Positions 1 to 9,050 of a stretch of 64,000 nucleotides of DNA are shown one piece after another. Made by a program: the position numbers and the translations under genes. Location of the stretch: positions 512,001 through 576,000 of the forward strand of contig JAXGYC010000008.1 in NCBI GenBank assembly GCA_040772485.1, written 5' to 3'. This DNA comes from Sedimentisphaerales bacterium. GTDB lineage: Bacteria; Planctomycetota; Phycisphaerae; Sedimentisphaerales; Anaerobacaceae. Under the pieces are notes generated by a model, which worked only from the letters and a program-made list of their open reading frames with translations, was not told where the DNA came from and did no database searches. Every line of letters starts with the position of its first letter. Position 1 is the stretch's first letter.

Positions 1-414
1 GTACGTGGGTAACTGGCGGTCGAACAAGCTCAGGCACACGGCGCTGTCGTTCTCGCCGGGAACGGGAATGAACACCTTGCCGCACGGACCGTACGCAGGC
101 AGGCGTCGCGAATCCCCGCCCGCGTGGACAATCAGGATGCGCAGCTCGCCCAGCGCCTCTTCCCAGCGATGCGGGCCGGGCTTTTCCGGACCTGGAGCAA
201 GCTGCCTTCGCAAGACCTCCATCAGGCAGTAGAGCGTGCTGCCCCCGCTGCCGACGCGTCGGCCGCCCGGGTCAGGGACCACGATGGCCTCGCGAACGTC
301 GCTGAGCAGTCCAAGTTCCCGCCGGACCGCCAACTGTGATTCGTAGGCCTTGGCCTGCGCCTCGTTGGAGGCGGTGACAATCAGGTAATCCCAGGAACGG
401 CCGCGTGCCTGCAT
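1..414 (-). CDS. L-fucokinase/fucose-1-phosphate guanylyltransferase (Fkp-like), N-terminal part; runs off the window edge
   Basis: Manual translation MQARGRSWDYLIVTASNEAQAKAY...VPDPGGRRVGSGGST...RILIVHAGGDSRRLPAYGPCGKVF matches fucose pyrophosphorylase N-terminal motifs; lies downstream of a nucleotide-sugar epimerase. Confidence 0.8.
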   Translation of the reverse strand, partial: MQARGRSWDYLIVTASNEAQAKAYESQLAVRRELGLLSDVREAIVVPDPGGRRVGSGGSTLYCLMEVLRRQLAPGPEKPGPHRWEEALGELRILIVHAGGDSRRLPAYGPCGKVFIPVPGENDSAVCLSLFDRQLPTY

Positions 415-436
415 GGCGATCTGCCTTCCCACCACC

Positions 437-1411
437 CTATTTCGTCCCCATGTGCTCGCGGTGCTCGGCGATGATGCAACGCAGCGTCCGTTCGAGGTCC
501 GTCTTCGGTTTCCAGCCGATCGTCTTTCGAATCCGCTCGGTGCATGGAACGCGACGCATCATGTCTTCGATGGGCCGTCCGTAGGCGACCTCATACGGTA
601 CGAACTCCTGCACGCTGCGGCTGCCGGTCAGCTCGACCACCTTGTCGGCCAATTGCCTGATGCTCACCTCTTCCGAAGAGCCCACGTTGAAGATCTGCCC
701 GACCGCCTCCTCGCACTGCATCAGGCCGATCACCGCATCGACCACATCCTGGACGTAACAGAAACAGCGGCTCTGCTCGCCCGTCCCATAAATGCAGATC
801 GGCTCATCCTTCAGCGCCCACTGGACGAAGCGAGGCACCACCATCCCATAGCGCCCGGTCTGCCGAGGGCCGATGGTATTGAAGAACCGGGCGATGACCA
901 CGTCCAGGCCGTACTGCTGGTAGTAGGCCTGGCCCAGGAACTCGTCGATCGCCTTGCTGCACGCATAGGACCACCGCGACAGGCTCGTGCTGCCCAGCAC
1001 GATGTCGTCTTCTTCGCGAAACGGGATGGCCTCGCTCTTTCCGTAGACCTCGCTCGTTGAGGCGATCAGAACGCGTCGACCGAACTTGTTGGCGATCGCC
1101 AGGACGGTTTCGGTGCCGCCGATGTTGGTCTCGATCGTCCGCACGGGGTCGTCGGCGATCAATTGCACGCCCACCGCCGCAGCCAGATGGAAGATCACGT
1201 CGCATTCGGCCGCCAGCAACTGAACCAGCGACACGTCGCGGATGTCTCCTTTGACGAATTGCAGCTTCGGATGGCTGCGAAAGGCTTGAAGGTTCTCCAG
1301 CCGACCGGTGCTGAGGTTGTCGAGGATGACCACTTCCTGACCGTCGCCCAGCAACCGCTCGGCCAGGTGCGAACCGATGAAGCCCGCGCCGCCCGTAATC
1401 AACGCTTTCAT
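437..1411 (-). CDS. NAD-dependent nucleotide-sugar epimerase/dehydratase (extended SDR)
   Basis: GGAGFIGSH Rossmann motif, STSEVYG, YACSK (YxxxK), RFFNTIGPRQ. Confidence 0.92.
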   Translation of the reverse strand: MKALITGGAGFIGSHLAERLLGDGQEVVILDNLSTGRLENLQAFRSHPKLQFVKGDIRDVSLVQLLAAECDVIFHLAAAVGVQLIADDPVRTIETNIGGTETVLAIANKFGRRVLIASTSEVYGKSEAIPFREEDDIVLGSTSLSRWSYACSKAIDEFLGQAYYQQYGLDVVIARFFNTIGPRQTGRYGMVVPRFVQWALKDEPICIYGTGEQSRCFCYVQDVVDAVIGLMQCEEAVGQIFNVGSSEEVSIRQLADKVVELTGSRSVQEFVPYEVAYGRPIEDMMRRVPCTERIRKTIGWKPKTDLERTLRCIIAEHREHMGTK

Positions 1412-1961
1412 TAGACCGCAGCCCTCATAGACCCGATGTGTGAAGAATTCTCACCGGGGAACGGTAACCGATTCGCGTCTCGCTGGCAATCGTCTCTTTC
1501 GATGGACTCCGTCCCCGTCGGCAGCGCGAAGGCGCACAGCCGGCCTGGCGGCAACGCCCGACCCGCCCGGGCGACGCATGCTTTTCTCCCTTGCCTAAGT
1601 ATCGGAATCGAAAGAACATAGCTTGAGACAAACCCGCCTGAGGCACCCTGCGAACCGCGTCGTCCGGCTGCTTCGATTCCTGCCGGGAATGCCCCGATAA
1701 TACGGACTGTCGTGTACAGTTGATGGCCCCCGACCGCCGCGTGTCTGGACTGTGCCAACGCCGCTCGGCCATCGCCCACTCAAGCCCCCCCAGCGGCCGA
1801 ACAAACGCCTCTCTTATCGGGCCGATGAAGGAGCCCCTCTCCAAACGAACCGCAGGACAATCACCTCGTCCCGCTCCCATTTCTCCAGCTTCGCACGCAA
1901 GCCGTCAGCCCATGCGTCCGAAAGAGCAGGATGTGCACCGTGAAAGATCGCCACGCAGGAG

Positions 1962-3764
1962 ATGCCTTTGCACAGAGCGCGCTTGAGTCTGTTGCTGCCG
2001 CTTCTCCTGGCCGTCTTCGTGCAAACGTCGACCGGCCAGGACCGGACCATTTCCTCGGCCGAGCTGTTGGACAAGCTGCACGGCATGTGGCTGGGCCAGC
2101 TCATCGGCAACGCCGCAGGACGCGCGACGGAGGGCCTCTATTCCGGCGCCGAGCCCAATCCGAATCCTTCCGTCCCGTGGGTTATCAAGCAGGCCTGGGA
2201 CGCGGACGACGACACCGACATCGAGTACGTCACCCTGCACATCCTTGAGAGCTGCGGTTTCGACTGCGACGCCAATGACATCGCGGGACAGTGGCTCGAC
2301 CACGTCACACCGGATGGGATCTTCATCGCGAACAGGCAGGCGTGGTACCTGATGCGTGACGGCTATCGGCCGCCCGACACGGGCAGCCGCCACTACAACC
2401 CACACTGGTATTCGATCGACGCACAGATCGGAACCGAGATGCTGGGCGCCCTGTCCCCCGGAATGCCCCAGACCGCCATCGACCTCGTCGGGACGTTCGG
2501 ACGGGTTACCAACGCCGGCTTTGCCGTCCATGCGGCTCAATTCTACGCCGCCCTCTACGCCGAGGCGTTCTTCGAGCCGAATGTCCCGGCGCTGGTCCTA
2601 AACGCCCTGGCCGCCCTGCCGCCCGACAGCCGCACGACCCAGGTCATTGCCGACATCTGCGACTGGTATCGGCAGGACGCCCTCGACGGCGCCCTCGACT
2701 GGCGTGCTACGCGGACCAGGCTCTACGACAACTACCAGGGGGCGCGCAGCTTCGGACGCTACTACAACTGGGTCGAGTCCACTATCAATACTGGTGCGAC
2801 GGTATTGTCGCTCCTCTACGGCCAAGGTGACTTCGAACAAACCGTCCAGATTGCCGTCCTGGCAGGCTGGGACTGCGACTGCAACCCCGCGACGGCCGGT
2901 GGTCTGCTCGGCATCATCCACGGCTTGGCCGGACTGCCCCGCAGCCTGACCGATCTCGACGTCTGCGGCGATTCCTACGTGAACGTGGCCCGCCCGGGCC
3001 TGCCGGACGCCGGCGCCCCCCTGCCCCAATCCGAATCCATTCACAGGATCGCCCAGCGGACGCTGGCCCTGGCCCAGGAGAACATCCTCCGCAATGGCGG
3101 GCGGCTCACACCTGGCCGCTTCACTTCTTGCTGCCACATCGCCAGGCACGACAGCCCGCGTATCAACACCTACACGCCGGCCATTCTCGGACCCTATGAC
3201 CTCGTTGCCGCTGCGCTCGAAGCCGGACTGAGCGTCACAGCGCATGCATCTGTCGCGCGATTCGACCCGACGAGAGACAGGAACAACCTCGCCTCCATCA
3301 TCGACGGGGTCATCGACAATTCCCACAACGGCGTCAAACCCTACTGGACGAACGATCCCGCCGATCCGAACGCACCTGCCGAAGCCTGGTTCGAGGTTCG
3401 CTTCTCCTCGCCCGTCCTTCTCGCCGGCGTCACTCTCTATGGCGGCGACTTGGTATGGTCGCACATCAACACCGACTACCGCGAGGACCAGCCGCTTGGC
3501 GGCCCACTCGAAGCCATCGACGTCGCAATCCTCCGGGACGGCGTCTATCTACCGCCGGACGACATCGTCCTCCACACACCCAAAAGTTGGTTGCCTATAT
3601 ACCAGACCGTTGCCGTCACCTTTGCCCCGGCTGTAGCAGACGGCATCCGGCTCACATGTACACCCGCCCGCGCCGGCCGCTTTGCGACAATCCTCGAACT
3701 GTCTCCCCACGGGGCCATTCTGCCGTCTCCTGATGCTCAAGTCGCGCCCTTATTCCGCCGATGA
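1962..3764 (+). CDS. Secreted ADP-ribosylglycohydrolase family protein with C-terminal discoidin-like domain
   Basis: Signal peptide; GMWLGQLIGNAAG, DDDTD and GWDCDCNPATAGGLLG motifs; beta-rich C-terminus. Confidence 0.75.
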   Translation: MPLHRARLSLLLPLLLAVFVQTSTGQDRTISSAELLDKLHGMWLGQLIGNAAGRATEGLYSGAEPNPNPSVPWVIKQAWDADDDTDIEYVTLHILESCGFDCDANDIAGQWLDHVTPDGIFIANRQAWYLMRDGYRPPDTGSRHYNPHWYSIDAQIGTEMLGALSPGMPQTAIDLVGTFGRVTNAGFAVHAAQFYAALYAEAFFEPNVPALVLNALAALPPDSRTTQVIADICDWYRQDALDGALDWRATRTRLYDNYQGARSFGRYYNWVESTINTGATVLSLLYGQGDFEQTVQIAVLAGWDCDCNPATAGGLLGIIHGLAGLPRSLTDLDVCGDSYVNVARPGLPDAGAPLPQSESIHRIAQRTLALAQENILRNGGRLTPGRFTSCCHIARHDSPRINTYTPAILGPYDLVAAALEAGLSVTAHASVARFDPTRDRNNLASIIDGVIDNSHNGVKPYWTNDPADPNAPAEAWFEVRFSSPVLLAGVTLYGGDLVWSHINTDYREDQPLGGPLEAIDVAILRDGVYLPPDDIVLHTPKSWLPIYQTVAVTFAPAVADGIRLTCTPARAGRFATILELSPHGAILPSPDAQVAPLFRR

Positions 3765-3853
3765 ACCCGTCGACGGATCGCGATCCACACTCCGGCTGGC
3801 ACACCAGCCGGTCGCGATGCAAGATCGACCGAAGGGCATAGGAACTCGCAACA

Positions 3854-4297
3854 ATGAACCCGACAGATCCATCCACCCACATGATACGGCACTTCAGCCT
3901 GGGTCTTGACGACCCCCGCCCACTCACACTCGCGGGTCGAATCCAGAGCTTCCGTTGTGCCGCACGCGGCGTCCGCCTCATGCTCCGATCCCAGCACAAT
4001 GCCTGGCTGCACGCCGTGGCCTCCTGTTGCGTCCTCATCGTCGGAGGCCTGTGTGTGTTGACCGCCGCCGAATGGTGTTGGATCATCCTCGCTATTATGG
4101 CCGTCTGGACAGCCGAGGCTCTTAACACCGCTCTCGAATTACTTGCCGACGCTGCGGCGCCAGAGTTTCACCCCGTCGTCGGATACGCCAAGGACGTGGC
4201 CGCCGGCGGGGTCCTGATCTCCGCCATGGGCTCCGCAATCGTCGGCGTCCTCGTCCTCGGACCGCATGTTCTCCGTTCGCTGCGCTCCGCCCTCTGA
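3854..4297 (+). CDS. dgkA: Diacylglycerol/undecaprenol kinase family protein
   Basis: SFRCAARG, EALNTALE, AKDVAAGGVL motifs; three TM helices. Confidence 0.88.
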   Translation: MNPTDPSTHMIRHFSLGLDDPRPLTLAGRIQSFRCAARGVRLMLRSQHNAWLHAVASCCVLIVGGLCVLTAAEWCWIILAIMAVWTAEALNTALELLADAAAPEFHPVVGYAKDVAAGGVLISAMGSAIVGVLVLGPHVLRSLRSAL

Positions 4298-4306
4298 GCA
4301 GTTCGA

Positions 4307-4322
4307 TGTTTCACGTGGAACA
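4307..4322. promoter_or_regulatory. parS centromere-like site 1
   Basis: TGTTTCACGTGGAACA matches the TGTTNCACGTGAAACA-type consensus; upstream of parB. Confidence 0.92.
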
Positions 4323-4583
4323 AGGCATCTCACGAATGGCCGCAATACTCATGCGCATAGCGCCCCCCTTATTGTCCTGTTTGTTGCCCCACCTGTTCCC
4401 GAGCGCTCCATAGCGCCGACTACCACCCCGCGATCTACGCCGTCTACCTATATAGTCACCCGAGCCGATCTCGATCAGGGCTTTACCACGCCTTGCTGCT
4501 CAACGCAGTCCCCCGTTACCCTGTTCGCCGGGTGATCACCTCCCGCACCCAGAACCTACCTGCTGCCCATCCTCCTTGCTTCG

Positions 4584-4599
4584 TGTTCCACGTGGAACA
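4584..4599. promoter_or_regulatory. parS centromere-like site 2
   Basis: Perfect palindrome TGTTCCACGTGGAACA about 140 bp before parB. Confidence 0.93.
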
Positions 4600-4740
4600 A
4601 CGTTGCCGATATACCGTCACGTCGAAACAATTCAACTTTGCCGCGCACGTTTTCCGAAATAGTCCTTGAGGGCCTGCGAAGGCGCACATACAATCAGCCC
4701 TCGCTTTTTTACACAGAACCTGATACCGTGAAGGAGCAGC

Positions 4741-5694
4741 ATGATGATGAGCGGAAAGGGCGACAAGCCCCGTCACCTCGGCAGGGGGCTCGACTCCCTG
4801 CTCAGTCCTCTGTCCTCTTTTGAAACACTGCCGCCCGAGCAGCCACAGTCCTCTCCGGTTACGCCGAATTTCCCACCGGACAAGGAGCTCGACGCCTCCT
4901 TCCACGAACTGCCCCTCGATTCCATCGGCCCGAACCCTTACCAGGCCAGGACCGTCTGGAACGAGGAGGACCTCCTCGAGCTGACAGACTCCATTCGCGC
5001 CAACGGGGTAATCCAGCCCGTTATTGTTCGTCCCTTCCAAGGTCGCTACCAGCTCATAGCCGGAGAGCGCCGTTTTCGCGCTGCTCAAATGGCAGCTCTC
5101 CCGGCCATCCCCGCCGTTGTCCGCGAGGTCACCGACGAGCAGCTCTTCGAGTGGTCGCTCGTTGAGAACATCCACCGCCGCGACCTCAATGCCATTGAGC
5201 GTGCCAAAGCCTACCAGCGCTATCTCAACGCCTTCTCCCTGACCCAGGCCGACGCGGCCGAACGCCTTGGCGAGGACCGCTCTGTAATCGCTAACTACTT
5301 GAGATTGCTGGACTTACCTGAGGACGTCAGGCAGATGCTCGTTGACGGAACGCTGTCGATGGGTCATGCCCGAGCGATCCTCGGCCTGCCCACCGATGAC
5401 CTCAGGCGCAAGCTCGCCAACCGCGCCATGGCCGGCCGGCTCAGCGTTCGCGACGTCGAGAGGCTCGTCCGCAAGCACCTCAGCGAGTCGCCTTCGAACG
5501 ATCGTGGGGCACGCGCCAAGCCCATGCACATCCGCGATCTCGAGGACAAGCTCAAGCGCCATCTCGGCGCTCGGGTGGCCATCGAGACCCGCCGCAACGG
5601 CCAACGCGGCCGGATCGTCATAGAGTTCGATTCGATCGACGAGTTCGCCCGCATCGCCGAATCGCTCGGCTTGGCCTGCACCGAGGACGTGTAG
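4741..5694 (+). CDS. parB: ParB/Spo0J chromosome partitioning protein
   Basis: LGRGLDSLL ParA-binding peptide, NPYQAR, GERRFRA CTPase motif, ENIHRRDL, HTH region. Confidence 0.96.
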   Translation: MMMSGKGDKPRHLGRGLDSLLSPLSSFETLPPEQPQSSPVTPNFPPDKELDASFHELPLDSIGPNPYQARTVWNEEDLLELTDSIRANGVIQPVIVRPFQGRYQLIAGERRFRAAQMAALPAIPAVVREVTDEQLFEWSLVENIHRRDLNAIERAKAYQRYLNAFSLTQADAAERLGEDRSVIANYLRLLDLPEDVRQMLVDGTLSMGHARAILGLPTDDLRRKLANRAMAGRLSVRDVERLVRKHLSESPSNDRGARAKPMHIRDLEDKLKRHLGARVAIETRRNGQRGRIVIEFDSIDEFARIAESLGLACTEDV

Positions 5695-5753
5695 GACAGC
5701 CCCCATAAAAAAGCCCGCCAAGACCCTCGCGGGCGTCTTGACATGCCAATTCG

Positions 5754-5762
5754 TGGTATAAT
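5754..5762 (+). promoter_or_regulatory. Extended -10 sigma70-type promoter element
   Basis: TGGTATAAT (TGnTATAAT) about 80 bp before the ankyrin gene. Confidence 0.5.
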
Positions 5763-5840
5763 GTACTCCGTGCCCCTGCCGTGGCTCGTTGGGCAGGGCG
5801 GCTCAGTATCCGAACAACCGCATTTGAAAAGAGGTCTCCT

Positions 5841-7382
5841 GTGAAACGCCTGGCAACCCTCACCGCAATCCTGTCCGCATACGCCCTGGCCACCGCCGGC
5901 GCCGCCGGGGCCGAGTCCAAGATGCCCACCAAGCCCTTCTTTCAAGCCATCAGCACCGCCGACGTCGATGAGGTCAGACTGCACATCGAGCGAGGTGTGG
6001 ATGTCAACAAAGAAGACGTCAGCCAGAATACGCCGCTCGGCACTGCGGTAGAAAACGGGCGCCTTGCGATTGTCCAGTTGCTGGTCGACGCCGGCGCCAA
6101 TGTCGCGACACCCAGTCGGGCAGGGCTCCCGTTGACCATGGCGGTGATCCGCGGCAACACGGACGTCGTCAAGTTCCTCGCGGAAAAGGGCGCCAATGTG
6201 AATATGGCGGACCCTCAAGGTGTGATCCCTCTGGTTGCCGCCGCCGAGAGCGGCTATCTCGATATCGTCGAGTTCCTCGTCTCCAAAGGCGCCAACGTCA
6301 ACGCCAAGGACCGGCGCGGCCAGACCCCGCTGAGCATCGCCATGGCGGGCCGCCACACCGAGGTTATGGCCCACCTTCGGCAGCATGGGGCCGAGGAACC
6401 CGTCAACCCGCTTGACATGCGCGCCTATGGTGGCAGGGGACCCCGCGTTCCGGGTGCGACAATGCCTGCCGGGGAGCCCGAACTCGATTCCGGGCCCGAC
6501 AGCACTACTGCGAACGTCCAGATTCTCGGAGATCCCAATGAGATCCGCGCCCGCGTCGCGGCCTTTCCCGGTCTGCCCGAGGCCGTCGCGGCTGTGGATG
6601 CCAACAGCGCCTCCGAGCAACGCAACTGGCGGCAGCGCCGTGCGGACAACCGCACGATGCTCATCCGCACGGTCGAGAAGCAGTTCGAGGAGGAGATGAC
6701 CTTCGTCAAGCGGATCGCCCAGAGCGAGAAGGCCGTCAAGACCACTGCCGCTGCCGACGATCTTGTCGCTCGGAGGAAAGCACGCTACAAGGTCATCTAC
6801 GAAGATCTGCGCGACGAAAGACGTGCGGAGATGCTCGAAGAGCGTGAGGCTATGGCCCGCTCGCGCACGACAGGACGCTCGCGCGGGCGCACCGGCATGA
6901 CAGATCCCATGCTCGGCCCCTCCGCCAACGACCCCTACGCAACGCCCATGCCTGCACGCCCGGCGCCCCGCGTTCGCGCTTCCGCAGATGCCAATGAACC
7001 GGCCCTTGACGCAGCGACTGAGAACCAACTCAACGCCTGGCTCGGCGCCGATCCGTTGGACAAACGCGAGCTTCTGGGCAGCGTTCATGCGATGGACCTG
7101 CGGGAGTACGACTCCTTGCGTCAGACCGCGGCCGACGAGGAAGCCAAGAAGACCGCCGCCGCGATCGAGGGACTCATGCTGGCCCGTCAGCAGCGCCTCA
7201 CGAGCATCACGGCCAAGATGGTCGAAGAGGATGAGCGGCTCCAGCGGCTGGAAGAGCGCGCCGGCGGAACGATGGCCCCCGGCGCGACCATGGCTCCGGG
7301 GACCACGCGCGGCCGAGGCGGTCGCGCTACCACCGGCCAGGAGGAAACCACCACGCAGCGCCGGGGCCGGCGATACCGATGA
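5841..7382 (+). CDS. Secreted ankyrin-repeat protein with long charged helical C-terminal region
   Basis: GTG start after GAGG; signal peptide; repeats TPLGTA...GANV, GQTPLSIA. Confidence 0.85.
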   Translation: MKRLATLTAILSAYALATAGAAGAESKMPTKPFFQAISTADVDEVRLHIERGVDVNKEDVSQNTPLGTAVENGRLAIVQLLVDAGANVATPSRAGLPLTMAVIRGNTDVVKFLAEKGANVNMADPQGVIPLVAAAESGYLDIVEFLVSKGANVNAKDRRGQTPLSIAMAGRHTEVMAHLRQHGAEEPVNPLDMRAYGGRGPRVPGATMPAGEPELDSGPDSTTANVQILGDPNEIRARVAAFPGLPEAVAAVDANSASEQRNWRQRRADNRTMLIRTVEKQFEEEMTFVKRIAQSEKAVKTTAAADDLVARRKARYKVIYEDLRDERRAEMLEEREAMARSRTTGRSRGRTGMTDPMLGPSANDPYATPMPARPAPRVRASADANEPALDAATENQLNAWLGADPLDKRELLGSVHAMDLREYDSLRQTAADEEAKKTAAAIEGLMLARQQRLTSITAKMVEEDERLQRLEERAGGTMAPGATMAPGTTRGRGGRATTGQEETTTQRRGRRYR

Positions 7383-7576
7383 GCCATTCAGAGGGACCCT
7401 GCCCGCCTCCTTTGTTAGCGAGCTGGTGCGGGTCTACTATGTCTGTATTTATCCCGTGACGCCGGCTCCGCCGATTGGGCCGGTTCGCTGTAACCTGTGC
7501 AACAATCAATAGATACGCCTCCAGACCAGGCCGTCGCCGAGCGGCGGCCCGTGTGTGTGAAGATATCCGGGCATGC

Positions 7577-7683
7577 ATGTGGCAGCGACACGCGCAGGCT
7601 TGCCGATGGCGACACGCGTGCCGACGAAGCGATCGGCAAACTCCGCCCTGCTCTCCGCCTGCGGTGGACCGCTGCCGCACATG
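7577..7683. repeat. REP-like inverted doublet (GTGGCAG-hairpin-ATGG family, variant)
   Basis: ATGTGGCAGC...GCTTGCCGATGG / CGATCGGCAAAC...GCTGCCGCACAT; related copy at 51754-51851. Confidence 0.6.
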
Positions 7684-7863
7684 GCGCTCAGTGCTGGAAG
7701 ACAGGCCTTGCCGCGAGATTCGCACAGACACCTTGGGGGCGTCGGCAGGCGATTCTGTTTGACTTCTCGGCGTGCCTCGATTCAACTATACTGCTCCGGT
7801 AGGGTTCCGAGCGTTGTGCGGATGCCTCTCTTAACGGAGCCAGGGTAGATTCTTGGGTGACGT

Positions 7864-8751
7864 ATGCTGACGGACAACATACTCGACTTGATCGGCAACA
7901 CGCCGTTGCTGCAGTTGCGTGGCGAGCGTATTTTTGCGAAGGCGGAATTTCTCAATCCCGGCGGCAGCATCAAGGATCGCGTCGCGGTGGCCATGCTCGA
8001 AGCGGCCAGACGCGACGGCAAGCTCGATCCCGACGCGATCATCACCGAGCCCACCAGCGGCAATACCGGCATCGGCCTTGCCCTGGTCGGTCGTCTCATG
8101 GGCTACCGCGTGCGGATCGTCATGCCGGAGGGAATGAGCGAAGAGCGAAAGAAGCTGATCCGCGGTCTCGGGGCGGATCTGGTGCTGATCCCGGACGAGG
8201 AGGGCATCGGCGGGGCGGTTCGCCACGTCGAGCAGATGGCGGCCGAAGACCCCCGGGTGTTCGTCCCGCAACAGTTCAAGAATCCGGCCAATCCTCGCGT
8301 CCATTACGAGCAAACCGCCCGCGAGTTGTGGCGTCAGATGAGCGCTGACATCCAGTGCTTCGTCGCCGGCGTCGGCAGCGGCGGCACCCTCCAGGGCGTC
8401 GGCAGCTTCCTGAAGGAGCAGAACAGCAATATCAAGATCGTCGCCGTCGAGCCGGAGAACCGCTCGGCCCTGCTCGGCCACGAACCGGGTCTGCACCAGA
8501 TTCAGGGCATTGGCGACGGATTCATACCGGACATCCTCGACGTGTCGATGATCGACGCGGTCATTGAGGTTTCCGACGAGGCCGCCATCGAAACGACACG
8601 CCAGCTCGGCCGCGACTTCGGCCTGCTCGTCGGCATCAGCTCCGGCGCCAACGTCTGGGCGGCCCGCAAGCTCATGCAGAGCCAACCCGGGAATATCGCC
8701 ACCGTGCTTCCGGACCGCGCTGAACGCTATTTCAGTACGGCCCTGCTTTAG
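7864..8751 (+). CDS. cysK: Cysteine synthase (O-acetylserine sulfhydrylase)
   Basis: NPGGSIKDR PLP-lysine motif, TSGNTG, GVGSGGT, HQIQGIG. Confidence 0.93.
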   Translation: MLTDNILDLIGNTPLLQLRGERIFAKAEFLNPGGSIKDRVAVAMLEAARRDGKLDPDAIITEPTSGNTGIGLALVGRLMGYRVRIVMPEGMSEERKKLIRGLGADLVLIPDEEGIGGAVRHVEQMAAEDPRVFVPQQFKNPANPRVHYEQTARELWRQMSADIQCFVAGVGSGGTLQGVGSFLKEQNSNIKIVAVEPENRSALLGHEPGLHQIQGIGDGFIPDILDVSMIDAVIEVSDEAAIETTRQLGRDFGLLVGISSGANVWAARKLMQSQPGNIATVLPDRAERYFSTALL

Positions 8752-8836
8752 CCGCTCCGCGTCCCATAACCCTCATCCTTCGCCGCATATCACGACCTAT
8801 TTTCCCAATCTGCCATATCTTGTCCTTGCTTTTCCG

Positions 8837-8865
8837 TTGACAGTGCAAGGCGACGTCTGTATCAG
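8837..8865 (+). promoter_or_regulatory. Putative sigma70 promoter for topA
   Basis: TTGACA-17bp-TATCAG (imperfect -10). Confidence 0.45.
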
Positions 8866-8884
8866 TCCAGTTCTAAATTTTGGC

Positions 8885-9038
8885 GCCCAAATGGCCGATA
8901 GGGAACTGACGTGCCCGCCGCGGAGCGAACTCCTTCGCACCGAGGCCAGTACAAGGGCTTCAGCAGGGGAAACCTCGGGAGCCCGGAACCGGCCGGTCAG
9001 CACGATCGTTTGTACGTGATCCAAGTGGGACCTTGGGC
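8885..9038 (+). ncRNA. Candidate structured leader RNA upstream of topA
   Basis: Nested complementary segments GCCCAA/TTGGGC, TGGCC/GGCCA, GTACAA/TTGTAC, GGGCTTC/GGAGCCC, GGAG-CGAA-CTCC. Confidence 0.3.
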
Positions 9039-9050
9039 AAGATGTGAGAA

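Noticed and set aside
4613..4629. Third parS-like sequence ACCGTCACGTCGAAACA
   Set aside because: Left arm mismatched and an extra base; at best a half-site
4298..4740. Possible oriC next to the parS sites
   Set aside because: No TTATCCACA-type DnaA box cluster or AT-rich unwinding element seen
5738..5762. TTGACA...TATAAT as a canonical promoter pair
   Set aside because: Spacer is only 13 bp; only the extended -10 was kept
7784..7806. Imperfect palindrome AACTATAC-N7-GTAGGGTT before cysK (possible Rrf2-type site)
   Set aside because: Too degenerate to support without comparative data
8885..9038. Assignment as SRP RNA, 6S RNA or a bona fide cobalamin riboswitch
   Set aside because: Diagnostic motifs are missing or incomplete; kept only as an unclassified candidate
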